DNA of 64,000 nucleotides from an uncultured Bacillaceae bacterium. Lineage in GTDB: Bacteria; Bacillota; Bacilli; Bacillales; Bacillaceae_B. A program made the position numbers and the translations under genes. Shown here piece by piece: positions 21,776 through 31,933 of this stretch (its first letter is position 1; each line of letters begins with the position of its first letter). Location of the stretch: contig CAWBBM010000033.1 in the NCBI GenBank assembly GCA_963787015.1, positions 44,338 through 108,337 on the forward strand, read 5' to 3'. The notes beneath the pieces are model-generated. The model saw only the letters and a program-made list of their open reading frames with translations. It had not been told where the DNA came from and searched no databases.

Positions 21776-22420
21776 GTGGAGGAATCGGTTATTATTATTA
21801 TTCGCACTCTTTTTCTATACGTTTTAATCATTTTTATCTTCAGGATTATGGGAAAAAGAGAAATCGGGGAATTAAGCATATTGGATTTGGTCGTATTCAT
21901 GATGATTGCTGAGATGGCGGTCATGGCCATTGAACAACCCAATGACCCCATGATTCATACTGTATTGCCCATGGGGGTCATCGTCCTCATTCAAGTCCTG
22001 TTTGCATGGTTTTCCCTGAGATCGAAATCATTCCGGGAGCTATTGGATGGAAAGCCTTCGGTCATTATTCATAATGGGAAAATTGATGATAAGGTGATGA
22101 AGAAACAGCGATATAATTATGATGATTTACTACTGCAATTAAGAGAAAAGGATATCTTTAATCTGGCAGATGTTGAATTCGCCATACTAGAGCCCTCAGG
22201 CAAACTATCTGTGATTAAAAAAGACAAAGAGACACCACATTCATTGACGCTGCCCTTAGTGTTGGATGGACAGGTTCAAACCACCCATCTGGATATGATC
22301 GGAAAAACGGCCTTCTGGTTACGGAAGGAATTAAGGGATCGGGGTTTTAAGGATCTGAAAGAGATCTCGTTCTGCAGCTTTCAAAACGGAGAATTTTATA
22401 TTGATGAAAAAAATCACTAG
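21776..22420 (+). CDS. yrbG: DUF421 membrane protein (YrbG-like)
   Basis: FRIMGKREIGELSILDLVV.. and a C-terminal YetF-type domain. GTG 21776 lies 6 nt after AGGAGGG. Confidence 0.75.
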   Translation: MEESVIIIIRTLFLYVLIIFIFRIMGKREIGELSILDLVVFMMIAEMAVMAIEQPNDPMIHTVLPMGVIVLIQVLFAWFSLRSKSFRELLDGKPSVIIHNGKIDDKVMKKQRYNYDDLLLQLREKDIFNLADVEFAILEPSGKLSVIKKDKETPHSLTLPLVLDGQVQTTHLDMIGKTAFWLRKELRDRGFKDLKEISFCSFQNGEFYIDEKNH

Positions 22421-22425
22421 TGCAT

Positions 22426-22460
22426 AAAAAACTCCTCAACGCTCGCATTGAGGAGTTTTT
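22426..22460. terminator. Bidirectional terminator (yrbG / spoVB)
   Basis: AAAAAACTCCTCAA-CGCTCGC-ATTGAGGAGTTTTT. Confidence 0.88.
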
Positions 22461-22472
22461 CCTGATGTGAAA

Positions 22473-24023
22473 TTATAGAGTGATGAATCGCCGAATGAAT
22501 GGAATTCGGGCGAGGTCACTTTTTACGATCAGTTTGAATGCTATGGAGAGAGCAACATACACAATCGTGGAAGATGTAACCCCAAATAGCAATCGGAAGA
22601 TAGAAGGTTCACTTGAAAATAGATAAAGATAAGAGTAGTGGCCCCATACACCCGTTACCAATAGGACAAAGATAGTCTTGGCGTAATCCCAGGCGTAGAT
22701 TGTCATTGGGATATGTTTAAGAATGGTCAGTAGGTGAAGGAGTGTTACGAGCATAAATCCTGTCACGATTCCTAAGGCTGCACCATTGATACCGAATGAC
22801 GGCTGAGAAGCAAGGACGAAGATGACCCCAGTCTTCACCACAGCACCGATTAAGCTATTGATCATGGCGGCCCTGGCCAGATTCAAGGCCTGCAGCACCG
22901 CTTGCAGCGGCCCCTGATAATAATAAAATAAAAAGAAGGGAGCCATGATCATCAAGAAACTTGCCCCGTTCTCGCTTCCGTACATGACCTGCATGAGGGG
23001 TTTGGCATAAATATATAGGATGACGACTGAGATCCCCCCTGTGATCAAGCAGAATCTTAGAGCCTGCTTTAGCCTATGTTCTATCAAAAAGAAATTCTTG
23101 TGAGAGTTAGCTTCGCTTATAGCTGGTACAAGTGATTGAGATAATGAAAGGGTAACAAAGGATGGCAAGAATAAAAGAGGGAGGGCGTATCCTGTCAAAG
23201 ATCCATATTGTTTCGTTGCCATCGATGCAGCCACTCCTGCCAGTGCAAGACTATGAGCCACCACAATCGGTTCGAAAAACCAAGCGATGGAACCGATCAT
23301 CCGGCTACCGGTTGCCGGTAAGGCCACGCTCATCAGTTCATTAAACGTTTCCCTTCCGTTTCGAATCGACTTGAAGAAATTGCGTCTGACCTTAAATTTT
23401 TTCTTTATTTTAAAGCTTGCGAACAGATAGAGAAGAGAAGCGAGTTCACCTAACACGGAAGCCACCATGGCTGCTGCCGCTGCATATTCGATTCCGTACG
23501 GAAGGAACGTTTTGGTCAATAAAGCAATCAGGGTAATCCGGACCACTTGCTCGATCACTTGAGAATAGGCGGAAGGCTTCATGTTCTGTCTACCTTGGAA
23601 ATACCCTCTGATGACAGAAGAAACCGCCACGATCGGTATGATCGGCGCGATGGCAACCAGTGGATAATAGATCCGGTCGTCAGTAAATAATACATCTGTT
23701 AAATATGGTGCAAGGAGGATGAGAGCCGGAGTGAAAATGAAGGAAAGACCCATGGTAATGGACAAAGAGACCACCAATATTTTTTTTACTTTTCGGGTAT
23801 CCCCCTTGGATTCAGCTTCCGCTACATTCTTTGAGATCGCAACAGGCAGGCCGAGTTGAGTGATCGTGATGACGAGTATAAGAGTAGGGAATGCCATCAT
23901 AAACAGACCGACGCCTTCTTCACCGATAAATCTGGCGACGACGATCCGGTTGACGAACCCTAATATTCTAGTTATAAAGGCTGCCATCATTAAAATCATG
24001 GTACCTTTAAGAAATTTTGACAT
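22473..24023 (-). CDS. spoVB: Stage V sporulation protein B (MOP/MurJ-like flippase family)
   Basis: MSKFLKGTMILMMAAFITRILGFVNRIVVARFIGEEGVGLFMMAFPT aligns with the B. subtilis SpoVB N-terminus. The 60-codon upstream extension in the track has no homology. Confidence 0.9.
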   Translation of the reverse strand: MSKFLKGTMILMMAAFITRILGFVNRIVVARFIGEEGVGLFMMAFPTLILVITITQLGLPVAISKNVAEAESKGDTRKVKKILVVSLSITMGLSFIFTPALILLAPYLTDVLFTDDRIYYPLVAIAPIIPIVAVSSVIRGYFQGRQNMKPSAYSQVIEQVVRITLIALLTKTFLPYGIEYAAAAAMVASVLGELASLLYLFASFKIKKKFKVRRNFFKSIRNGRETFNELMSVALPATGSRMIGSIAWFFEPIVVAHSLALAGVAASMATKQYGSLTGYALPLLFLPSFVTLSLSQSLVPAISEANSHKNFFLIEHRLKQALRFCLITGGISVVILYIYAKPLMQVMYGSENGASFLMIMAPFFLFYYYQGPLQAVLQALNLARAAMINSLIGAVVKTGVIFVLASQPSFGINGAALGIVTGFMLVTLLHLLTILKHIPMTIYAWDYAKTIFVLLVTGVWGHYSYLYLFSSEPSIFRLLFGVTSSTIVYVALSIAFKLIVKSDLARIPFIRRFITL

Positions 24024-24148
24024 AAAATTCCCTGCCTTCTCAAAATTGGTATTATCGTATACAATGATGTATATGCACAAGGATGGACAAAGCATGACAA
24101 GTAGTGAACAATTCCGGCTAAATATAGCCCAGATGGGGTGACCGAGGA

Positions 24149-24469
24149 ATGAAGAATAACCAGCATCCTTATGACCGTTTTTATGAATCGTTAGTACCTG
24201 CACTTGTAAGTAAAGTAGAAGAATTTGATATTCTTGGCTATGGAAAAGCAGACGTTGACCGTCTTTGGTCCTACTTAACGAAGAAGAAATGGAAGAAACC
24301 GGAAACTGATGTAAAATTCTTTCAGTTAGTGAGTGATGTGTTAACGGTCAAGCCTGGAGAGTATATGAGCTTTGAAACAATGGAAGCATACAGGTCTCCG
24401 AATTGGTTTGCAGAGGTGAATGAGGAAGAGTTGAATGAACTTCTCCATCCCAATAAGAATGGAAAATAA
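24149..24469 (+). CDS. comN: Post-transcriptional regulator ComN (YrzD family)
   Basis: 106 aa, ..LWSYLTKKKWKK... Located between spoVB and secDF, as in B. subtilis. Confidence 0.65.
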   Translation: MKNNQHPYDRFYESLVPALVSKVEEFDILGYGKADVDRLWSYLTKKKWKKPETDVKFFQLVSDVLTVKPGEYMSFETMEAYRSPNWFAEVNEEELNELLHPNKNGK

Positions 24470-24481
24470 CCGGAAAAGAAA

Positions 24482-24510
24482 TTGACACTCTTTTCGTTCT
24501 CGTAGATAAT
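24482..24510 (+). promoter_or_regulatory. Sigma-A-type promoter candidate for secDF
   Basis: TTGACA (24482..24487), 17 nt spacer, GATAAT (24505..24510). Confidence 0.45.
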
Positions 24511-24599
24511 GAGAATGCCCGAGGTTTTCAGGAATTATATTACTTTTTGAAGCACATAGTTCGTATGGTTTTTAAAACGGCAAGGAGGATCTATACATA

Positions 24600-26864
24600 A
24601 TGGTAAAGCGTGGCCGAATAATTGCCTTCTTTATACTTGTGGTATTACTTGCAGGTACTATGGGAGGAACAACGAAGAGTATTATCGATAATATTAAATT
24701 AGGATTGGACCTGCAGGGTGGGTTTGAAGTTCTTTATGAAGTTCAGCCGCTCAAAAAAGACGGGGAAGTCACAAAAGAAACAGTTGCCAATACAGCCGAT
24801 GCATTGGACAAGCGTATTAACGTATTGGGTGTAAGTGAACCTAATATACAAATTGAAGATGGAAACCGGATCCGTGTTCAACTTGCTGGGGTGGAAGACC
24901 AGAACCAGGCAAGAGAAATCCTTTCCACTCAAGCAAACCTTACGTTCCGCGACGTGAACGATAAAGTCCGCCTGGACGGGTCGGATCTTGCATCCGGTTC
25001 TGCGAAGCAAACGTTTGACAACAAGAACAATCCGATTGTTTCATTGAAATTAAAAGACCGCTCGAAATTTTATGAATTAACGAAAGATATTTATGCTATG
25101 GCTCCTCAGAATCAATTGGTGATCTGGTTGGATTTCGAGGAAGGAAAAGATTCATATCAAGCCGAAGCGGGAAAAAAGGACCCGAAATTTTTATCTGACC
25201 CAGCGGTTAATAAGCCGATTAATTCAGATGAAGTCATCATTGAAGGGAATTTCACGGTAGAGCGTGCTCAGAATCTGGCATCCCTGTTAAATGCTGGGGC
25301 ACTCCCAGTCAAACTCGAAGAGAAATATTCAACGTCAGTTGGAGCTCAATTCGGTCAGCAGGCACTGGATAAAACAGTCACAGCGGGAATCATCGGGATT
25401 GCCATCATCTTCTTATTCATGATTGCGTACTACCGCTTCCCGGGATTAATCGCAACGATTACCCTATCTGCTTATATTTACTTGATTCTAATGATTTTCG
25501 ATCTGATGAATGGGGTCCTGACCCTGCCGGGAATCGCTGCTCTTATCCTTGGGGTCGGAATGGCCGTCGATGCGAATATCATTACCTATGAACGGATCAA
25601 AGAAGAAATGCGGGTCGGAAAACCGATACGTTCTGCGTTCCAGGCAGGTAATAAATCTTCTTTCTTAACGATACTGGATGCAAACGTGACGACGATGCTT
25701 GCAGCTGCAGTTCTATTCTACTATGGAACAAGCTCTGTTAGAGGATTTGCAACGATGCTGATCATCAGCATCCTGACAAGCTTCATCACAGCGGTATGGG
25801 GATCGCGCCTATTACTCGGTCTTTGGGTGAATAGCCGCATCTTTAATAAAAAGCCGGGCTGGTTCGGTGTCAAGCAAACAGACATCAAAGATTTGGCGGA
25901 GAATTACGATACACTGGATCTGCCGACCCGATTCGACCGCTTTGATTTTGCTGCACAGCGCAAGAAGTTCTTCACGCTTTCAGCTGTACTTATCACAGCG
26001 GGGATTATCATTCTAGCCATCTTCAGATTGAATCTGGGGATCGACTTTGTCAGTGGTTCACGTATGGAAATCCTGGCTGATAAGAGTTTGAAAACAGAAG
26101 AAATCCAAGATGAACTTAAGGAAATTAAATTATCTTCTGAAGATGTAGTCATTTCAGGAGACAAAGAAAATATTGCCGTGGTGCGGTATACGAATGACTT
26201 AAACCAGGACGATATCGCTAAGTTGAAGGATCACTTTAACAAGCTTTATGGCGCAGAACCGAGTGTCAGTACCGTTTCTCCTATGATTGGGAAGGAACTG
26301 GCCAAAAACGCCATCATCGCAGTGGCGATCGCTTCGATTGGGATCATTATTTATGTTACGTTCCGGTTTGAATGGCGAATGGCCCTCGGAGCAATTCTTG
26401 CTCTCTTGCATGATGCATTCTTTATCATTGCGTTCTTCAGCTTAACAAGGCTGGAAGTTGATATCACCTTCATTGCAGCCGTCTTGACGATTGTCGGTTA
26501 TTCGATCAATGATACGATCGTCACCTTTGACAGGCTAAGGGAAAACCTGCATAAGAAGCGTCGCTTAAAAACGGATAAAGACATTGAAGATGTTGTGAAC
26601 CAAAGTATCAGACAAACGATGGGACGTTCGATTAATACGGTATTAACCGTGGTAATCACTGTTATCGCCTTAATGATCTTTGGCAGTGAATCCATTCGCA
26701 ACTTCTCCATTGCCTTATTAGTCGGATTGATTTCAGGAACTTATTCTTCTGTATTCATTGCCTCTCAAGTGTGGCTGGTGATGAAGAAAAAAGAACTGAA
26801 GAAAAATGGAACAATCAAAACTGTAAAAGAAAAGAAAACGTGGTCTGACGAACCGCAAGTATAA
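24600..26864 (+). CDS. secDF: Fused protein-export membrane protein SecDF
   Basis: 754 aa. It contains a SecD periplasmic domain plus two RND-like TM bundles. Confidence 0.95.
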   Translation: MVKRGRIIAFFILVVLLAGTMGGTTKSIIDNIKLGLDLQGGFEVLYEVQPLKKDGEVTKETVANTADALDKRINVLGVSEPNIQIEDGNRIRVQLAGVEDQNQAREILSTQANLTFRDVNDKVRLDGSDLASGSAKQTFDNKNNPIVSLKLKDRSKFYELTKDIYAMAPQNQLVIWLDFEEGKDSYQAEAGKKDPKFLSDPAVNKPINSDEVIIEGNFTVERAQNLASLLNAGALPVKLEEKYSTSVGAQFGQQALDKTVTAGIIGIAIIFLFMIAYYRFPGLIATITLSAYIYLILMIFDLMNGVLTLPGIAALILGVGMAVDANIITYERIKEEMRVGKPIRSAFQAGNKSSFLTILDANVTTMLAAAVLFYYGTSSVRGFATMLIISILTSFITAVWGSRLLLGLWVNSRIFNKKPGWFGVKQTDIKDLAENYDTLDLPTRFDRFDFAAQRKKFFTLSAVLITAGIIILAIFRLNLGIDFVSGSRMEILADKSLKTEEIQDELKEIKLSSEDVVISGDKENIAVVRYTNDLNQDDIAKLKDHFNKLYGAEPSVSTVSPMIGKELAKNAIIAVAIASIGIIIYVTFRFEWRMALGAILALLHDAFFIIAFFSLTRLEVDITFIAAVLTIVGYSINDTIVTFDRLRENLHKKRRLKTDKDIEDVVNQSIRQTMGRSINTVLTVVITVIALMIFGSESIRNFSIALLVGLISGTYSSVFIASQVWLVMKKKELKKNGTIKTVKEKKTWSDEPQV

Positions 26865-26872
26865 TCATAAGC

Positions 26873-26917
26873 GGGTCCGGGGAGGATTTTCTCCCTGGAC
26901 CTGTCTTTTTGTTTTTT
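26873..26917 (+). terminator. secDF terminator
   Basis: GGGTCCGGGGAG-GATTTT-CTCCCTGGACC followed by T-rich tracts. Confidence 0.85.
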
Positions 26918-26963
26918 TACGGCATTGGGTTACAATAATAGGTAGAGAAAGGAGGCGCTTTGA

Positions 26964-27890
26964 TTGAATCATGAAGATCGATTTAAAAAAGCAGAGTTTG
27001 CAGCCATGATTGGTATAATAGGCAATATTGTACTGGCTATCATTAAGTGGGGAGCAGGCATCTTAGGAAATAGTAGGGCGTTGATTGCAGACGCCGTCCA
27101 TTCTGCATCGGACGTAGCGGGGTCTCTTGCCGTCTTTATCGGATTACGTGCTGCAAAGCAGCCTCCCGATCAAGACCATCCATATGGGCATGGGAAGGCT
27201 GAATCAATTGCCGCCATCATTGTAGCGGTTCTATTATTCTTAGTCGGGATTGAAATTGGAAAATCATCGATTGAATCCTTTTTTCATCCACTGACTCCTC
27301 CAACGGCAATTGCGATATATGCCGTCATCTTTTCCATTATTGTAAAAGAAGCGATGTTTCAATATAAATATCGATTGGGTAAAAGAATAAAGAGTGATGC
27401 ACTGATTGTAAATGCATATGAGCACCGTTCGGATGTGTTTTCATCGATCGCTGCACTATTCGGGATCTCGGCTTCCATCCTTGGAGGGAAATTCGATGTG
27501 GGCTGGCTTGTCTACGCGGATCCGGTTGCAGGGATCTTAGTGTCACTCCTGGTCCTCAAGATGGCCTGGCATTTGGGATCTGAATCCATACATACAACCC
27601 TTGACCACGTTATGCATGAAGAGGATGTGCTCCCCTTCCGCCAGATTGTGGAGTCGGTGACTGATGTGAAAGAAATTAATGAACTGCATGCAAGGGAGCA
27701 TGGGCATTATGTCATCATTGATTTAAAGATCAGTGTAGATCCATTCATGTCGGTTGAGGAAGGCCATCGTGTCGGAAAGGAAGTCAAAGAGAAGCTTCTG
27801 GAAGAATCCAATGTGAATGATGTGTTTGTTCACATTAATCCATACAATCCTGCTTCTGAAAAAAAGGATGACTCAATAGACTTAACTTAA
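26964..27890 (+). CDS. Cation diffusion facilitator (CDF) family metal efflux transporter
   Basis: ADAVHSASDV and HRSDVFSS metal-site motifs, plus a C-terminal cytoplasmic domain. TTG start lies 8 nt after AAAGGAGG. Confidence 0.85.
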   Translation: MNHEDRFKKAEFAAMIGIIGNIVLAIIKWGAGILGNSRALIADAVHSASDVAGSLAVFIGLRAAKQPPDQDHPYGHGKAESIAAIIVAVLLFLVGIEIGKSSIESFFHPLTPPTAIAIYAVIFSIIVKEAMFQYKYRLGKRIKSDALIVNAYEHRSDVFSSIAALFGISASILGGKFDVGWLVYADPVAGILVSLLVLKMAWHLGSESIHTTLDHVMHEEDVLPFRQIVESVTDVKEINELHAREHGHYVIIDLKISVDPFMSVEEGHRVGKEVKEKLLEESNVNDVFVHINPYNPASEKKDDSIDLT

Positions 27891-27905
27891 AGGGAGGGAA
27901 ATTCT

Positions 27906-28241
27906 ATGAAATTTCAATGGACGCTATTATTAGGTATATTCTTTGCGTTAGTCGTATCGATTTTCGCAGTCATTAATGTCGATCCGGTCACCGTCAATTA
28001 TTTATTCGGCGAATCTGACTGGCCTCTTATTTTAGTTATCCTCGGATCGGTATTAATGGGTGGCATCATTGTAGGCTCTGTCGGATTGTTTCGACTATTC
28101 GTCGTCCAGCGTAAAGTCAAATCCCTTGAAAAAGAAAATCTGCTCTTGAAGGAACAGGCAGAAGGGATGCATAAAGAAAAGGTTGAAGACGTTCCATTAA
28201 AAAAACGTGCTTCTGACTCAGTAGGAGAAACCGGAGAATAA
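27906..28241 (+). CDS. yrvD: LapA/DUF1049-family membrane protein (YrvD-like)
   Basis: 111 aa with two TM segments followed by a coiled, charged tail. It lies directly upstream of recJ. Confidence 0.65.
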   Translation: MKFQWTLLLGIFFALVVSIFAVINVDPVTVNYLFGESDWPLILVILGSVLMGGIIVGSVGLFRLFVVQRKVKSLEKENLLLKEQAEGMHKEKVEDVPLKKRASDSVGETGE

Positions 28242-28242
28242 A

Positions 28243-28279
28243 CAAGCATGGTGGCTTTTTGTCACCATGCTGTTTTTTT
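28243..28279 (+). terminator. Terminator after yrvD
   Basis: AGCATGGTG-GCTTTTTGT-CACCATGCT plus T7. Confidence 0.85.
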
Positions 28280-28376
28280 GTTTTTACAACCTCCTTGGGA
28301 AAATCGGAACATACCTATTCCGCCTGAAACGGTTATCATCAACTATTTTCTTCTACGAAAGAGCCGTTCAATAAGA

Positions 28377-28405
28377 TTGAAACAACCCGATCCTTTTTGT
28401 ATAAT
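28377..28405 (+). promoter_or_regulatory. Sigma-A promoter candidate for recJ-apt (extended -10)
   Basis: TTGAAA (28377..28382), 17 nt spacer, TGtTATAAT (-10 at 28400..28405). Confidence 0.5.
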
Positions 28406-28428
28406 GAGTAAGGCTGAGGGGTGAACGT

Positions 28429-30792
28429 ATGTTAAACTCGAAAACACGTTGGATATTGACAGAATCAGATGAACATAAAATACAAGAATTAGCAGATGAA
28501 CTTAAAGTGCCTGCACTTGTGGCGAAATTATTGATTAACCGAGGCTTGGAAGATGTAGATGAAGCTCGGAATTTTTTATTTGATACAGGTGATTCATTTC
28601 ACGATCCATTTTTATTTGAAGATATGAAAAAAGCAACAGATAGAATCCATAAAGCCATTGAAAACGGAGAAAGAATTCTCGTCTATGGTGACTACGATGC
28701 AGATGGTGTCAGCAGTACATCTGTTGTGATGACGGTCCTTAAGGATCTTGGTGCAGAGGTGGAATTCTATATTCCAAACCGGTTCAGTGAAGGATACGGT
28801 CCGAATGAAGGCGCATTTCGATGGGCTAACGATGAAGGTTTCACACTCATCATTACAGTCGATACAGGAATATCAGCCGTAAACGAAGCAAGACTTGCGA
28901 AAGAGCTTGGGATTGACTTAATCATCACCGATCACCATGAACCTGGCCCGGAGTTACCTGAAACGTATGCGTTGCTCCATCCAAAGGTCGAGGGTACGTC
29001 CTATCCATTTGGTGACCTGGCAGGGGTAGGGGTGGCATTTAAACTGGCTCACGCACTTTACGGGGAACTCCCTACCCATTTACTTGATCTTGCGGCAATC
29101 GGAACCATTGCGGATCTCGTTCCCTTAAGAGGAGAGAATCGTCTATTGGCTAAGAGGGGGCTTGCAGAGCTCCGTATCACGAACCGGTTAGGCATTAAAG
29201 CATTATGCAAAATTGCAAATGCCACCCAGCATGAGATAACCGAAGAAACAGTTGGCTTCATGATTGCCCCCCGCATCAATGCTGTCGGGCGCCTGGGGGA
29301 TGCAGATCCTGCCGTAGACCTTATGCTCACAGAAGATGGTGAGGAAGCAAAGGCTCTGGCTGAAGAAATAGACGCTTTAAATAAGGAAAGACAAGAGATT
29401 GTTTCCCAGATGACTGAGGAAGCGGTTGAAATGGTGGAAAGGGACTTTCCCCTCGAGGATAACAGCGTACTCATAATTGGGAAAGAAGGCTGGAATCCTG
29501 GAGTGGTAGGGATTGTCGCATCACGACTCGTTGATAAGTTTTATCGTCCAACCATTGTACTCAGCTTTGATTCAGAAAAAGGGACGGCAAAAGGATCAGC
29601 TAGAAGTATCGTAGGTTTTGATTTGTTTAAAAATCTATCAACCTGTAGAGATATCCTTCCCCATTTTGGAGGACATCCAATGGCTGCAGGTATGACTTTA
29701 CAATTAGATGATGTAGCTCAGTTCAGAAGTCGTTTGAATGAGCTTGCGGAGACGGAATTGACTGAAGAGGATTTCATCCCGGTTACACAGCTTGATGCTC
29801 CAGTAACAGTGGGGGAAATCACTGTAGAGTCGATTGAGAAACTTCAGCTCATGGCTCCATTTGGTATGAAGAATCCGAAACCGAAGTGGATCATAGACAA
29901 TGTTAGCATCGAGCATTACAAAAAAATCGGCTCTTCACAAAATCATTTGAAGCTTGTACTAAAGGACAATGGAGTGCAATTGGATGGTGTAGGTTTTGGA
30001 CTTGGAGAGTTGGCCGATCATATGACTCCTTTTTCTAATGTATCTGTGATTGGGGAGTTGTCCATAAATGAATGGAATAATCGCAAAAAGCCCCAAGTGT
30101 TTTTGCAAGATTTGAAAATTGATCAATGGCAATTATTCGATGTTCGGGGGATCAAGCAATTCAACAAATGGAATGAACTCATCCCGAAAGAAAATAAGAA
30201 TCTAATTTGTTTTAACCCATCCACTTTAGACAAGCTGAATCTTTCAAAGGAAGAAGTCATTCTCCTTGAGGATAGCTCGAGCCTGGAAGGACTCTCGACA
30301 GAAGGAACAAGCCTTGTACTTCTGGATCTGCCGAGCTCCAAACCATTACTTGGAGAGCTTTTGAAGAGAGGGCGTCCGCATCGTATTTATGTTCACTTCT
30401 TCCAGGAAGAAGATCATTTCTTCAGTACGATGCCGAAACGGGATCATTTTAAATGGTATTATGGATTTTTAACAAAACGGGGATCATTTGATCTGAATAA
30501 GCACGGTGATGACCTGGCCAAATATAAAGGCTGGTCAAAAGAAACAATTGATTTCATGTCACAGGTGTTTTTTGATTTGAAGTTTGTTACAATAGTGAAT
30601 GGATTTATTTCTCTTAATCCTGAGAAAACCAAGAAAGATCTTTCTGAATCTCGAACATATCAGAAGAAACAACAACAATACGAGCTTGAAAACGAATTGT
30701 TATATTCTTCCTATCAAGAGTTGAAGGCTTGGTTTAATGAAAGGATAGAAGAGTCTGTTACAATTGAGGAGGAAGTAAAAGCATGGACTTAA
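28429..30792 (+). CDS. recJ: Single-stranded-DNA-specific exonuclease RecJ
   Basis: DHH motifs ([22 protein letters not shown]) and DHHA1 (GGHPMAAG). Confidence 0.96.
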   Translation: MLNSKTRWILTESDEHKIQELADELKVPALVAKLLINRGLEDVDEARNFLFDTGDSFHDPFLFEDMKKATDRIHKAIENGERILVYGDYDADGVSSTSVVMTVLKDLGAEVEFYIPNRFSEGYGPNEGAFRWANDEGFTLIITVDTGISAVNEARLAKELGIDLIITDHHEPGPELPETYALLHPKVEGTSYPFGDLAGVGVAFKLAHALYGELPTHLLDLAAIGTIADLVPLRGENRLLAKRGLAELRITNRLGIKALCKIANATQHEITEETVGFMIAPRINAVGRLGDADPAVDLMLTEDGEEAKALAEEIDALNKERQEIVSQMTEEAVEMVERDFPLEDNSVLIIGKEGWNPGVVGIVASRLVDKFYRPTIVLSFDSEKGTAKGSARSIVGFDLFKNLSTCRDILPHFGGHPMAAGMTLQLDDVAQFRSRLNELAETELTEEDFIPVTQLDAPVTVGEITVESIEKLQLMAPFGMKNPKPKWIIDNVSIEHYKKIGSSQNHLKLVLKDNGVQLDGVGFGLGELADHMTPFSNVSVIGELSINEWNNRKKPQVFLQDLKIDQWQLFDVRGIKQFNKWNELIPKENKNLICFNPSTLDKLNLSKEEVILLEDSSSLEGLSTEGTSLVLLDLPSSKPLLGELLKRGRPHRIYVHFFQEEDHFFSTMPKRDHFKWYYGFLTKRGSFDLNKHGDDLAKYKGWSKETIDFMSQVFFDLKFVTIVNGFISLNPEKTKKDLSESRTYQKKQQQYELENELLYSSYQELKAWFNERIEESVTIEEEVKAWT

Positions 30793-31295
30793 AACAATAT
30801 ATTACAATCGTTGAGGATTGGCCAAAAGAAGGTATTAAGTTTAAAGACATCACAACATTAATGGATAATGGTGATGCTTATAGATATGCTACAGACCAAA
30901 TCGTAGAATATGCAAATAAGAAACAAATTGACCTTGTTGTAGGACCGGAAGCACGTGGATTCATCATCGGCTGCCCAGTCGCTTATGCATTGGGTGTAGG
31001 CTTTGCTCCTGTTCGTAAACCGGGTAAATTACCACGTGAAACGATCCAGAAGGAATATGGTTTGGAGTATGGTAAAGATGCTCTAACGATCCATAAAGAT
31101 GCAATCAAGCCTGGTCAACGTGTATTGATTACAGATGACTTACTTGCTACTGGTGGAACGATCGAAGCAACAATCAAACTTGTAGAAGAATTGGGTGGGA
31201 TTGTCGCCGGTACAGCATTCTTAATCGAATTAACGTACCTTGACGGCCGCGACAAGCTTCTGAATTATGATATCATGACATTAATGCAATACTAA
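30783..31295 (+). CDS. apt: Adenine phosphoribosyltransferase
   Basis: PRPP motif [13 protein letters not shown]. 10-nt overlap with recJ. Confidence 0.96.
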   Translation: MDLKQYITIVEDWPKEGIKFKDITTLMDNGDAYRYATDQIVEYANKKQIDLVVGPEARGFIIGCPVAYALGVGFAPVRKPGKLPRETIQKEYGLEYGKDALTIHKDAIKPGQRVLITDDLLATGGTIEATIKLVEELGGIVAGTAFLIELTYLDGRDKLLNYDIMTLMQY

Positions 31296-31341
31296 TTCGT
31301 TTACCATTTCTAATAAACGTATATACTTTGTGATATACTGA

Positions 31342-31387
31342 AATAAGGGACTGACATCTGGTTTTTAGTGTCAGCCCTTATTTTTTA
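31342..31387 (+). terminator. apt terminator
   Basis: AATAAGGGACTGACA..TGTCAGCCCTTATT plus T-run. Confidence 0.88.
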
Positions 31388-31411
31388 TTTTAGTTCTTGG
31401 TTATTTGTATA

Positions 31412-31498
31412 AGCTCTCTTCGCAAAGATTGTTGTTTTCTAAACATAGGAGCTACCAATGCTCTGTCTATGAGTGGGCTGCAGATAGATGGTGAGGTG
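31412..31498 (+). repeat. Post-terminator repeat module, copy 1 (homologous to 55237..55325)
   Basis: 25 of the first 31 nt are identical to 55237..55267 (GCTCT.TTCGCAAA.ATT.TTG.T.TCTAA). Further shared blocks are AGCT.CCA.TG and ATGAGTG.G..GC..AGATAG. Confidence 0.8.
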
Positions 31499-31553
31499 AT
31501 ATGGTGTACAGAGCTTACTAGAGAAGCTGAAATAGACCATTGCCCACGTTGAA

Positions 31554-31766
31554 AAATGTTGTTTTCTACTCTTTTAAATCATTTAAGGGAAACATACTTC
31601 GTTGATTGTAGCGGAAGGTGCTCGACTCCTGCGGGAATTGCGTGAAAGTTGAGACCCCGCAGGGCATAGCCCGAGGAGGCTAACTCACGCCCCGCGGAAA
31701 GCGAGCACCTGCAGCGGAAATCACTACACACTATCAAAAGCAACAAAGTTTACGAAAACAACATTT
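31554..31766. mobile_element. MITE/REP-like element: 13-bp perfect terminal inverted repeats enclosing a roughly 127-nt imperfect hairpin (31601..31727)
   Basis: AAATGTTGTTTTC (31554..31566) pairs with GAAAACAACATTT (31754..31766). The inner stem pairs AGGTGCTCG (31616..31624) with CGAGCACCT (31702..31710). The core is homologous to 41696..41829 in the opposite orientation. It has no coding capacity. Confidence 0.65.
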
Positions 31767-31933
31767 GTATAAACAAAGCGGTATTTCAATCGTCAACTTT
31801 CGACAAAAACAGATGAATTCTCTAGAATTTCCTTCGAAACACTTTACAGAACTACTTTTTTTTTTGATAATAGTAACAATCATTAAAATCGTACACTAGT
31901 GAAATATATTAAAATACAAAGGTGATTTTGATC

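Noticed and set aside
24024-24203. 60-codon N-terminal extension of spoVB in the ORF track
   Set aside because: It has no homology and overlaps the divergent comN start region. MSKFLKGT.. aligns with the SpoVB N-terminus.
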